Shown here one piece after another: positions 9,763-18,970 of a DNA stretch of 32,570 nucleotides. The stretch comes from an uncultured Dehalococcoidales bacterium. Its GTDB lineage: Bacteria; Chloroflexota; Dehalococcoidia; Dehalococcoidales; UBA3254. Where the stretch lies: assembly GCA_964541585.1 (NCBI GenBank), contig CAZIQW010000001.1, positions 10,279 through 42,848 on the forward strand, given 5' to 3'. The translations under genes and the position numbers were made by a program. The notes below the pieces were generated by a model, which did no database searches, was not told the origin of the DNA, and was given only the letters and a program-made list of their open reading frames with translations. The number at the start of each line of letters is the position of its first letter. Position 1 is the stretch's first letter.

Positions 9763-9951
9763 TTATTCACCCGTATTGGTCTTCGTTTTCGCCTCGGTTT
9801 TTTCCTCATCTTCGCCACGGACGGCCTTCTTGAATCCCCGTATCCCTTTGCCGAGAGCTTCTCCAACCTGAGGTAGTTTACCTACGCCAAACACAATAAT
9901 GATGATGAGAAGAACAAGACCAATTTCCAGGGGTCCGAATTGACGAAACAT
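9763..9951 (-). CDS. tatA: Twin-arginine translocase TatA-family protein (second paralogue)
   Basis: The 62-aa sequence begins MFRQFGPLEIGLVLLIIIIVFGVGKLPQVGEALGKGIRGFKKAV. An AGGAGG Shine-Dalgarno lies upstream. Confidence 0.8.
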   Translation of the reverse strand: MFRQFGPLEIGLVLLIIIIVFGVGKLPQVGEALGKGIRGFKKAVRGEDEEKTEAKTKTNTGE

Positions 9952-9968
9952 TTGTTTTTCCTCCTTTC

Positions 9969-10850
9969 TTACGAGATTTTGGGCTGTTTATTGACTCCAT
10001 CATTTTCAGGGATGGAATGATAAGCCAGATACCCGTTGCGGTAAGCCTGAGCATCCAGGTCTGTAGTAAGATATCGTTCCAGGGGGAGTATAACTTCATT
10101 TTCAGTTTTCCGCAAATCAATAGCTTTCAGGTAATATTTACATTGGTCGCAGACATAGACCCGGTATAACTCATCCTGATCGGAATAATAAGAGAGTAAA
10201 TCGGAATTCCGGGTGCGGCAATAAGGACATTCCAGCCTCTGAAAAAGCCACTCTGCATCGCAACGGGAACATAATAACCATCTGGAACCACGTTCCTTAT
10301 CCAGGAAGGCAAAATCAGGGATTCCTCCACAGACGGGACAATAACCCCGGCGCCACTGATTCTGATCCACCAGGTGAATCAAGCCCTTGCTGTAATGGAT
10401 TAAAAACGGCCGGAAAGCAAGATTGATGACCAGCCCGGTCAGATCGTCGCCGGTTTCCTGCGGATGGCTATTCTGTGTATGCGCGTGATAGCATTCCCGT
10501 ACGGTATCCGGCAAATTATTGAGTATTTCCGGGTTTTGCAGCCTCGTGTTTAATTCCGGATTGTCAGCAGCAAATTGAGTCAGGATAGAGATAACCTGCT
10601 GCAAAGATTTTCGCAGCAGCTCCCAGTCAATAGAGATGTCCTCAAACCTTAACAGCGGAATTCCCCGGTCCAGTTGAGGCACCCGGACAGACATACTCAG
10701 TCCGGCTTCAACTTCAGGCAGCTGGGACCTGATGTCCAGTTGAGCGTTGAAAAGCTGGCTATACAGGATCAGTATGGGCGGTAAATTCCCTGACTCCTTC
10801 TGCCACTGTTTTATCTTGTTCAGAATTTTCCCGTCGGTTTCCGTTACCAT
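9969..10850 (-). CDS. fdhE: Formate dehydrogenase accessory/maturation protein FdhE
   Basis: 293 aa with four CXXC motifs in the C-terminal half (CPVCGG, CSRC, CPYC, CDQC), typical of FdhE. It lies directly after fdnGHI. Confidence 0.75.
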   Translation of the reverse strand: MVTETDGKILNKIKQWQKESGNLPPILILYSQLFNAQLDIRSQLPEVEAGLSMSVRVPQLDRGIPLLRFEDISIDWELLRKSLQQVISILTQFAADNPELNTRLQNPEILNNLPDTVRECYHAHTQNSHPQETGDDLTGLVINLAFRPFLIHYSKGLIHLVDQNQWRRGYCPVCGGIPDFAFLDKERGSRWLLCSRCDAEWLFQRLECPYCRTRNSDLLSYYSDQDELYRVYVCDQCKYYLKAIDLRKTENEVILPLERYLTTDLDAQAYRNGYLAYHSIPENDGVNKQPKIS

Positions 10851-10983
10851 GATATCATTCCTTGAGGTGCCTCCAGACTATATGGCATTGTATTTAAAAT
10901 TCTAAGAGTACCCCCATATTTTCTTTTCGGTAGCTGCCTGGCCAGACATGATACTATCTTCCAGCAGCTGTTTTTAACACAGG

Positions 10984-11649
10984 TTAATCGACAGTCTTGG
11001 CTTTTTTCTCCTGGGAAATCTCAGCATACCATTCGGCATGATGTGATCTGGCATAGTCGTATGATACTCTACCCCGGTACATTGAACTCCAGGCCCCGGT
11101 ATGCAGAGGGCGCATTAAGGGATGAATCACTGAGAGATAAACATGTACCAGGAACATGGCGCCGGTGGCCAGAAATGCAAGGTCGTGTAAAATGAGGCTC
11201 CATTGCAAAATCCATTCCGGTGCCTGGGCTCGGGCAAACCACATAATGGCCCCGGTTATAATGAAAATGGCGCCACAAATGAGTACCATTAACCACCACA
11301 TTTTTTGGCCGGTATTCATATGTCCCTGAGGAGGCATTGCCTTTTCATCATTGAGGAAGTAATAGCGAGGGGCAGCCAGAAGCCAGCCGATATCTTTTTT
11401 CCCCCACTTAAATGCTTCAAACACACCTTTTACCGCCGATTTCCAGCGTACAAGGAAGAAAATCAAGGGGCCTATTACGAAAATGATGGCGGCTACCCGA
11501 TGAATGAGGCGGGTCCAGCTGTCCTGTCCCAGAAAAGCCAAAAACGGCGTGAAAATAATCAGACCGGTAAGAAACAGGATAATGAAAGCCGCAGTATGCA
11601 CCCAGTGCAAAGTTCGCGTTGATTTACTGTAACGCTCAATCCATTCCAT
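10984..11649 (-). CDS. fdnI: Formate dehydrogenase gamma subunit (membrane di-haem cytochrome b)
   Basis: MEWIERYSKSTRTLHWVHTAAFIILFLTGL plus further TM helices with conserved His residues. ATG 11649 is preceded by GAGGAGG and overlaps the fdnH stop by 14 nt. The track start at 11706 is rejected. Confidence 0.75.
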   Translation of the reverse strand: MEWIERYSKSTRTLHWVHTAAFIILFLTGLIIFTPFLAFLGQDSWTRLIHRVAAIIFVIGPLIFFLVRWKSAVKGVFEAFKWGKKDIGWLLAAPRYYFLNDEKAMPPQGHMNTGQKMWWLMVLICGAIFIITGAIMWFARAQAPEWILQWSLILHDLAFLATGAMFLVHVYLSVIHPLMRPLHTGAWSSMYRGRVSYDYARSHHAEWYAEISQEKKAKTVD

Positions 11650-12496
11650 TGTTTGGTTCCTCCTCTTTACCGGATGAATCATGCTTAATTTTGGCTTTAC
11701 GAGCAATCAAATAGTTCAATCCCAGACCGACCACGGCCAGTCCACCAACCGCCAGGCTCAATGGTTTCAAAATATCCTGCCAGATAAAGATGGTATCAGG
11801 GACTTTGGGAGAGACCGGCAGACCGTATTTATCGGGGGATTCATCCAGAACATACAGGATGTGGAGGCCACCGAGTTCCTTATCTCCATAGAGATAAGCA
11901 TCCGGGTATCCTTTTGCTTTGAGAGACTCCACTCTTTTCCTGCCTTCGGCCAATAAGGCATCCCGGTCTCCGTAAATCAGGGCGTGAGTCGGGCAGGTTT
12001 TAACACAGGCTGGTTCCAGTCCGGCTTCCAGTCTATTCAGTCCGGGAGTAGTGCAGAGAGTGCATTTGTCCATCTTGGCCAGACCGGTGATTATATTCCG
12101 GTCGTAGCGGGGAACTTGAAAGGGGCAGAAATCATAGCAGTATCCGCAGCCGGTACAGGTATCTTTGTTATAAGAAACGAATCCGTATTCGTTGCGGAAA
12201 AGTGAACCGTTAGGGCAGGCTTTAATGCAGGCCGCATCGGTGCAATGCATACAGGCGCGGCGGGAGAATAGCCATCTGACCTTGCCGTTCACTTCGACTT
12301 CCCGGAACTCTATTTTAAGCCAGGTAGTAACCGAAAGGTCAGGCGGGTTCTCGTAACTGCCCCAGTTTTTCGATTTTACCCCGTTCTCTTCGGTTGGGAT
12401 ATATTCATCATTTTCATTCCACTGCTTGCAGGCTACCTGACAGCCGCGGCAGGCAGTGCATTTTGTAGCATCGAATAGAATCGCTTTATCTGCCAT
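11636..12496 (-). CDS. fdnH: Formate dehydrogenase beta subunit (four [4Fe-4S] ferredoxin-like clusters, C-terminal TM anchor)
   Basis: Cys clusters: CTACRGCQVACKQWN, CMHCTDAACIKACP, CTGCGYCYDFCP and CTLC...CVKTCP. The C-terminal TM is LSLAVGGLAVVGLGLNYLIA. A GGAGG Shine-Dalgarno lies upstream. Confidence 0.85.
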   Translation of the reverse strand: MADKAILFDATKCTACRGCQVACKQWNENDEYIPTEENGVKSKNWGSYENPPDLSVTTWLKIEFREVEVNGKVRWLFSRRACMHCTDAACIKACPNGSLFRNEYGFVSYNKDTCTGCGYCYDFCPFQVPRYDRNIITGLAKMDKCTLCTTPGLNRLEAGLEPACVKTCPTHALIYGDRDALLAEGRKRVESLKAKGYPDAYLYGDKELGGLHILYVLDESPDKYGLPVSPKVPDTIFIWQDILKPLSLAVGGLAVVGLGLNYLIARKAKIKHDSSGKEEEPNNGMD

Positions 12497-12507
12497 TATT
12501 ACCTCCG

Positions 12508-15500
12508 CTAAACCTTTCTCACATTGACCAGGAAGGCCTTAAATTCGGGTATCATCGTATTGGCGTCTCCGACATGGGGTGTCAGAATATTAGCACTATC
12601 TCCGGTGGAGAGGCCGGAGTAACCCCAGTGCCAGATTGTTCCCACCTGATGGACTTTCTTTCCATTTATCTGGAAAGGCTTGAATCGTTTGGTTACCATG
12701 GCTACCATTCTTACCTGGCCTCTCGCCGACTCCACGATAACCTTTTCTCCATTGACAATGCCTTTCTCTGCCGCCAGTTCCTCGCTCATTTCCACAAAGG
12801 GTTCGGGCATAGCCTCGATTACCCACGGCATGTTGCGGGTCATCTGGCCGCCCTGCCAGTGCTCGCAGACGCGGTAGGTGGAACAGACAATCGGGTATTT
12901 ATCTGCGGAGCCCTGTTCACCGGGTTTCAATATTTTTGAGGCAGGGTTAATCTGCTGGTTTGATATCACATTGGTCACCGGCGATTCCCAGGGTTCATAG
13001 TGTTCGGGGAGCGGCCCTTCAGCCATACCATCCCCAAACAGGCGGCCGTGGCCTTCTGTGGTCATGATAAAGGGATAGCTCCCGCCCTGGGCCATCGGTT
13101 TGGCACCGCCGTCGGGGACATCACCTGCCCATTTACCGTTTTGCCACCAGATTACCGGGTGTTCTTTATCCCAGGGTTCTCCGTCGAGGTCAACCGAGGC
13201 ACGATTATAAACGATGCGCCGGTTCAGCGGCCAGCACCATGCCCAGCGGGGATACATGCCGATGTCGAAGACATCCGGTGTCGGGTCGCGACGGCTGGCA
13301 CGGTTGCCAGGTATCGGTGCATCAGGTTCCAGCTCCGGTTCAACCCAGCAGTTGCAGTACACCCAGTTGCCGCATGAGGTAGTGCCGTCACTCTTGAGGT
13401 TGGCGAAAGAATCCATCAGTTTACCGGTGGTCAGGTCGTAACCGTTCATTTCTTTAAGAACCTGGCGGGGACTGGGATGATCTTCGCCGTAGTCCCAGGC
13501 GAGACGGGTAATCGCTTCAACATTGGGCCCGCCTTCTTTGATGTAAAGTTCCTTGAGATGGCGATATATCTGGTCCAGCATCCAGAGGTCGTCATGTGCT
13601 TCAGGGGGGCCATCGCCTCCCTTATAGCGCCACTGAACCCAGCGGCTGCTGTTGGTAACGCTGCCCTCTTTTTCATACGAATTCAAGGCCGGAAGGAGAA
13701 AAACCTCGGTATTAATTTTGGCCGGGTCGGACCCGGGACGTTTCCAGAATTCTGAGGTTTCCGTAGCCCAGATATCAGAAACCAGGAGCCAGTCCAGCTT
13801 TTCCAACGCATTTCTCTCCAGGGCAGCGTTGGGACCGCCTACCGCCGGGTTTTGTCCCCAGCACATGAAACCCTTTATACCGCCGGAATACATGGCTTCA
13901 AAGAGAGCTATGTGGGAGTAGTTCTTGCCGGTCTCAATCTTGGGCAGGTAATGATATCCAAACTCGTTGTTACTGGTGGCATTGTCGCCGTACCATGCCT
14001 TTAGCAGGCTAACAACGTATTTGGGGCGATTCTGCCACCAGTTGACACTGAGCGGGTCAGGACTTTTTGGAGTAACCCGCTCAAGGTATTTTCCCAGTGA
14101 AGTATCGGTATCCTGGAACATCGGCAGATAGCCGGGAAGAACGTGAAAAAGCAATGCCTGGTCGGTGGAGCCCTGGACATTGGACTCGCCGCGCATGGCG
14201 TTGATGCCGCCGCCGGCAACTCCGATATTACCCAGGAGAAGCTGCAAAATGGCGTAAGAGCGGATGTTCTGAGCGCCGACGGTATGCTGGGTAGTACCCA
14301 TAGCATAGAGTATAGTTCCAGCCTTACCCGGTTGGCCGGTGGCCGCGAAAGTGCGGCAAACCTCAAGGAAGTCGTTTTTATCAGTACCGCAGGTATGGTT
14401 GACTACCTCGGGAGTGTATCGGGAAACATGCCTTTTCAGAACCTGAAAGACACAGTTGGGATCTTTCAGCGTCTTATCTTTCCCGGGTATGCCGTTCTCA
14501 TCCATCTGGAAAGACCAGGTAGATTTGTTATACTGCCTCTTGCTGTTATCAGTTTCATTAATATTGCCGGTATAGCCTGAAAAAAGTCCGTCGAGTTCAG
14601 CAGGACCTTGATAATCAGGGTTGACAAGATAAGAGGCATTTGTGTACTCGGTAATATAGGTCATATTGTAGCTGCCGGGGTTATTCTCTATATCTTCAAT
14701 AACATATCTTATTATGCCGTTAATAAAAGCGATATCAGTCCCTGATCTGATGGGGGCGTAGATATCGGCTTTAGATGATGTCCTGGTGAATCTTGGATCG
14801 ACGCTAATGAGCTTGGCACCCCGTTCTTGTGCCAGGGTGATCCAGCTAAAAGCGGCCGGGTGATTTTCTGCCGGGTTGGACCCGATAGCAAAAATACAGT
14901 CGCTGTTGGATATATCGTTCCAATGGTTGGTCATTACTCCCCGTCCGAATGTTTCCGCCAAACTGGCGACAGTAGGGGAATGTCATATACGGGCATGATG
15001 CTCCAGGTATACCACTCCCAGCGCCCGGTTCAGCTTTGAAAGCAGGTAGCATTCCTCGTTGTCCAGCGCAGAACCGCCCAGATTGGCTATCGCTTCAGTG
15101 CGGTTGACTGTATAGCCCTTGCTGTCCTTCTGGACAAACGAAGCGTCTCGGGCATCTTTTATCCGGCGGGCAATAGTCTCAAGAGTCCAGTTCCAGTCCT
15201 TTTCCTGCCAGGTAGTCCCTCCGGGGGCTCGATACTGCGGTTTGCGCAGTCGCCATGGATTGTCGGCTGAAAGCTGGCGTAACGAGGCGCCTTTGGCGCA
15301 GGCAGCGCCGCGGTTTACGGGATGGTCTGGATCACCTTCAATGTTGACTACCTTGCCGTTTTGAGAGGCGACAATAAAACCGCACCCTGAACCGTCATAG
15401 GGACAGATAGTGGATTTCTCTCCGATTTTCTTTCTCAGAGGTATGGATTTGAAAGGTGCGGCAAAAATCTTCTGGGTGCTGCTCTTTCCCATCAATATCA

Positions 15501-15555
15501 GAGCTCCTGCACCCGCCCCGGTTACTTTTAAGAAATCTCTTCGGCTTAACTCCAT
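12508..15555 (-). CDS. fdnG: Formate dehydrogenase-N-type catalytic alpha subunit (Mo/W-bisPGD), Tat-exported and selenocysteine-containing; one CDS joining two track ORFs across an in-frame TGA at 14983-14985
   Basis: Track ORFs 14983..15555 and 12508..14961 are in the same frame (3048 nt). The only intervening stop is TGA. The joined sequence reads ...VYLEHHARI-U-HSPTVASLAETFGRGVMTNHWND, the classic Sec-His context of FdnG, FdoG and FdhF. The N-terminal twin-arginine signal is MELSRRDFLKVTGAGAGA. The total is 1015 codons, the same length as E. coli FdnG. Confidence 0.9.
14938..14982 (-). promoter_or_regulatory. Candidate bacterial SECIS hairpin immediately 3' of the Sec UGA
   Basis: The mRNA reads UGA CAU UCCCC UACUGU CGCCA GUU UGGCG GAAACAUUCGGAC GGGGA. 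The apical stem is CGCCA/UGGCG (14968-14964 pairs with 14960-14956) with a GUU loop. An outer UCCCC/GGGGA stem (14979-14975 with 14942-14938) encloses it. The loop starts about 20 nt after the UGA. It was folded by eye only. Confidence 0.45.
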
Positions 15556-16044
15556 CGTCCTTCAGTTCTCCTGAATGTTAATATGATATTGTGTCTTCCC
15601 TTGTAATAATTGCTGCATCCCGGAATGTTATCATTGCCTTTATTATCTCAGAAAATTGAACTTATGTACAACATCGATACGTCAATATAAGTGACGAAAT
15701 ACGGGTTTATAGCTTATTTTCTACACCACAGATGTTCAGAATAAAGGAATAGGGGCTGTTATTATTGTGTTCATACCTGACCATCTCCAGTCCTGCTTTA
15801 ACATTCCGGACCATTTTTGCTATTTATATCTGACCCGGAAGCCAGATATTCATTCTTTTCAGTCTAGTTCCTCTTTTATTTCACTCAGTATCTCCAGTGC
15901 CAAAAATAATGAAGACTTATCCCTAAACGATGTGAATGGTGGACTTGTTATATCATCAAGAGTTAGAATACTATTAGTCTAAATGAGCTTTTCTGAAGAA
16001 TCCTGAGATAGACATGTTATCAGATTAAAGGTTGAGGGGATAAA

Positions 16045-17262
16045 ATGGAAAAGAAAGGACCGCTGGTTGGCATAATTGTTCTGGACTGGACCCAATGGCA
16101 AATGGGAACAGTAGCGACATCGATGCTGGCTGATTTGGGAGCCGAGGTAATTCACATTGAACATCATATTACCGGTGACCCCGGGAGAGGGTTGATTTCA
16201 CATGATTTCTCAGACCTGCCCGGCGGCAAACATAGCTACTTCGAAGTGAATAACCGAGGCAAAAAGAGTATTACGGTAAATCTGCAAAAAGATGAGGGGA
16301 GAGAAGTTATCTATCGCCTGGTCAAGAAAGCTGATGTTTTTGTCCACAATTACCGGCCGGGTATTCCGGAAAAATTAAAGGTGGACTATGAAACTTTACG
16401 CCAGTACAATCCGAAATTAATCTATGTTGGCGCTTCAGGATTTGGAAACAGGGGACCCGATGCCGGGGAGGGGGCTCTGGACCTGGTGGGTGTAGCCAGA
16501 TCGGGTATCAGTACTCTACTGGGAAATGAAGATGACCCGGGAATTCCGCATTACGGGGGACTGGGCGATCAGGCCGGGGCAATTATGACAGCCTATGGGG
16601 TGCTGGCGGCCGTTGTGGCTCGCGAAAGATTTGGGGTTGGCCAAAAAGTTGATACCTCGTTACTCATGAGCATGATAACCTGGCAGGGTTTAATGCTGGG
16701 CAAGGGATTTTATCTCAACAAACCCACAGTTCAGCAGGATAGAAAAAGCGCCCGGAACCCACTCTGGAATTATTATAAATGCAAAGATGGTGAATGGATG
16801 GTACTGGCCATGCTTCAATCTCAGAGATACTGGCCGAATGTTTGCAAAGCACTGGGGGCTGAAAATCTGATAGATGACGAAAGGTTCAAGGATGCAGGTT
16901 CGCGGGAAGCTAACAGTAAAGAACTGGTTGCCATCCTGGACAGGATTTTCGCCACCAGGTCTTCAGCTGAATGGAGTAATATTTTCCGCAGCGGATTTGA
17001 TATTATTTCGGGGCCGGTACAGAGCATGAATGATTTATCTTCTGATCCACAGGTCATTGCCAATGAATATATAATCGATTACAACCACGAGGTGCTTGGC
17101 CAGATAAAAGTGCTGGGTTTACCGGTGACATTAAGTGAGACGCCCGGAAAGGTAATAGCTGAAGCCCCCGAATTCGGACAGCATACTGAGGAAGTACTGA
17201 TGGATCTGGGCGGTTATACCTGGGATGAAATAACTGCACTTCGTGACAAAGAAGCCATTTAA
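16045..17262 (+). CDS. Family III CoA-transferase (CaiB/BaiF/FldA/HadA family)
   Basis: 405 aa. The N-terminus GPLVGIIVLDWTQWQMGTVATSMLADLGAEVIHIE is the family III signature region. There is an internal GGLGDQAG segment. A GAGGGGA Shine-Dalgarno lies 4 nt upstream of the ATG. Confidence 0.85.
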   Translation: MEKKGPLVGIIVLDWTQWQMGTVATSMLADLGAEVIHIEHHITGDPGRGLISHDFSDLPGGKHSYFEVNNRGKKSITVNLQKDEGREVIYRLVKKADVFVHNYRPGIPEKLKVDYETLRQYNPKLIYVGASGFGNRGPDAGEGALDLVGVARSGISTLLGNEDDPGIPHYGGLGDQAGAIMTAYGVLAAVVARERFGVGQKVDTSLLMSMITWQGLMLGKGFYLNKPTVQQDRKSARNPLWNYYKCKDGEWMVLAMLQSQRYWPNVCKALGAENLIDDERFKDAGSREANSKELVAILDRIFATRSSAEWSNIFRSGFDIISGPVQSMNDLSSDPQVIANEYIIDYNHEVLGQIKVLGLPVTLSETPGKVIAEAPEFGQHTEEVLMDLGGYTWDEITALRDKEAI

Positions 17263-17263
17263 G

Positions 17264-17550
17264 AGAAAATTCGAAATTCGAAAAAACAAATTCCCGGGAA
17301 ACGGGTAAAAATCAAAAGGCAAAACTCAAAGGGTAAGGAAAGAGTTGATTTAAGATGTAAGATTTAAGATTTATGAGACCCTTATCCATTACCCACTTAT
17401 AAATCCTGAATCAGCCTGGTTATTGTACCTTGTACCCTGGATATTTTTTGGTTATTGTTTCTTGATGTTTGGTTATTTCACTTTTGCCTTTTGAATTTTG
17501 ATTTATTATGGTTTGTTTTGAATCTCGGATTTAGTATTTAGAATTTGACT
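17264..17550. repeat. AT-rich structured intergenic element with long imperfect inverted repeats and GGTTATTGTNYCTTG modules
   Basis: A perfect 13-nt inverted repeat pairs TCAAAAGGCAAAA (17312-17324) with TTTTGCCTTTTGA (17482-17494). A second, imperfect pair is 17272-17290 with 17512-17528. The heptad TAAGATN occurs 3 times at 17351-17371. The modules are at 17415-17432, 17450-17464 and 17471-17481. Confidence 0.6.
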
Positions 17551-17564
17551 GAGGGGGGAATTTC

Positions 17565-18938
17565 TTGGTATCGCCTGAGAAAGCTAAAATAAGACCGATA
17601 AACAGACTTCAATCTATGTATGCCCTTCGTGCCGAAGTGGACAAGATGTATGAAACGGGGGAACAGGCTCGGGCAGAAGGTAAACCTGTAGCCTGGGTGA
17701 TGCTGGGACAGTGGGCTGAACCGATTCTTACCGCCATGGATGTGATGACCATTTACCCGGAAAACTACGGAAGCGTATGTGCCGCTGCAGGCAAAGCGAT
17801 GCCGTATCTGGAAATATCTGATGCCGAGGGTTTTCCCGGCCACATCTGCGGCTACGCCAGGAATTGCTTTGGTTACTCAGTTAAAATGCTGGAGTTGGGG
17901 ACAATTCCGCCGGAAGCACCGATGGGCGGTATGCCCAAACCTGATTTGCTGGTAGCCTCTGCTGAAATCTGTGATGCCCGGTTTAAATGGTTTCAAGCCC
18001 TGGGTCGATATTTTAGTGCCCCGGTCTGGGCGGTAGAGACCTCTTATCCGGGATTGAGAGAAAGCCTTGAAGAAGGGGCTGACGATCGCAGTATTAACTT
18101 TATTGTCAGACAATTAAAAGAATTTGTTGAATTCCTGGAAAAGTTGCTGGGCAAACGGATGGACTGGGATAAACTGGATTCCATAGCCCGGGGAATGGCT
18201 GGTCTTAACAGGCTGCGCTGGGAAATTAACCGGCTGCGCACCGCCCGGCCCGGACCTATGCACTCCCGGGATTTCTGGAGTTCAATGTCTGCTGCTTTGT
18301 TCAGAGGGTCTGATTCGAATGCAGTCATGAGTGGTTTTCAGAATCTGCGGGACGAAATTAAGGAAAGGGCTGAGAAGGGAATCGGCGGACTGAATGGGGA
18401 AGAGAAATTCAGACTGTCTTTTGACGGACTTCCCCCATGGCATAACCTGAATATTTTCGATAAGCTGGCAGAAAAAGGCTGGAACTTTGTTATTGAAAGC
18501 AACTACCGTCCCTGGATCCCGGTTAACGTAGACCTGAGCAAATATAATGATCCCATGGAAAGATATGTCAGGGAACGCTATCAGAGTACCAACAATCTCC
18601 TTGAAGTGGAATACACGCCAGCAGAGGCATCAGCTATAAGAGAAGAGATATTGCGCACCGGAACCTCGCGGCAGCTTGATGTCAAGCATGTTCGAGACTG
18701 CCAGTGCGATGGCGTGATGATACACATATTGCTTTCCTGCCGTTCAGCATCTTATAAATTATGTGCTTTTCAGCAGAAAGTAATGGATGTTCTCAAGGTC
18801 CCGGCTCTGGTAATTGAAGGAGATATGGTGGATGCCAGCCTGTTTAATCCGGCTGAAGTAATGAAAAAAGCCGAGGCATTTGAGGAGACTATGGCTTATT
18901 ACAGGCAGGTTAGAAAAGAGCTGGGGATGACCTGGTAG
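17565..18938 (+). CDS. 2-hydroxyacyl-CoA dehydratase alpha subunit (HgdA/HadB/FldB family)
   Basis: 457 aa. HgdA-like landmarks: EGKPVAWVM..., IYPENYGS, HICGYARNCFGY, PDLLVASAEICDARFKWF and C-terminal DGVMIHILLSCRS. TTG 17565 lies 6 nt after GAGGGGGG. An ATG at codon 18 is an alternative start. Confidence 0.8.
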   Translation: MVSPEKAKIRPINRLQSMYALRAEVDKMYETGEQARAEGKPVAWVMLGQWAEPILTAMDVMTIYPENYGSVCAAAGKAMPYLEISDAEGFPGHICGYARNCFGYSVKMLELGTIPPEAPMGGMPKPDLLVASAEICDARFKWFQALGRYFSAPVWAVETSYPGLRESLEEGADDRSINFIVRQLKEFVEFLEKLLGKRMDWDKLDSIARGMAGLNRLRWEINRLRTARPGPMHSRDFWSSMSAALFRGSDSNAVMSGFQNLRDEIKERAEKGIGGLNGEEKFRLSFDGLPPWHNLNIFDKLAEKGWNFVIESNYRPWIPVNVDLSKYNDPMERYVRERYQSTNNLLEVEYTPAEASAIREEILRTGTSRQLDVKHVRDCQCDGVMIHILLSCRSASYKLCAFQQKVMDVLKVPALVIEGDMVDASLFNPAEVMKKAEAFEETMAYYRQVRKELGMTW

Positions 18939-18970
18939 GGAAAGAATTTGTTGCAAAGGAATACTGAATA

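Noticed and set aside
15767-15982. 71-aa ORF in the fdn/CoA-transferase intergenic region.
   Set aside because: It starts at GTG with no Shine-Dalgarno. The sequence is Ser-rich and low in complexity, with no recognisable domain. The region is better explained as a divergent control region.
17415-17432. Reading the CCTGGTTATTGTAYCTTG module as a sigma-54 promoter (TGG...TTG).
   Set aside because: The GG-to-TTG spacing is two nucleotides too long for the TGGCAC-N5-TTGC consensus. The -12 GC is absent. The module also occurs in both orientations relative to downstream genes.
17465-17494. Mini-ORF MFGYFTFAF (4 Phe and 1 Tyr in 9 codons) upstream of the dehydratase genes. It resembles a pheL-like aromatic leader peptide.
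   Set aside because: It has no Shine-Dalgarno, and the region is T-rich, so TTT/TTC codons arise by composition. I could not find alternative terminator and antiterminator pairings tied to it. Attenuation logic would also be inverted for a catabolic operon.
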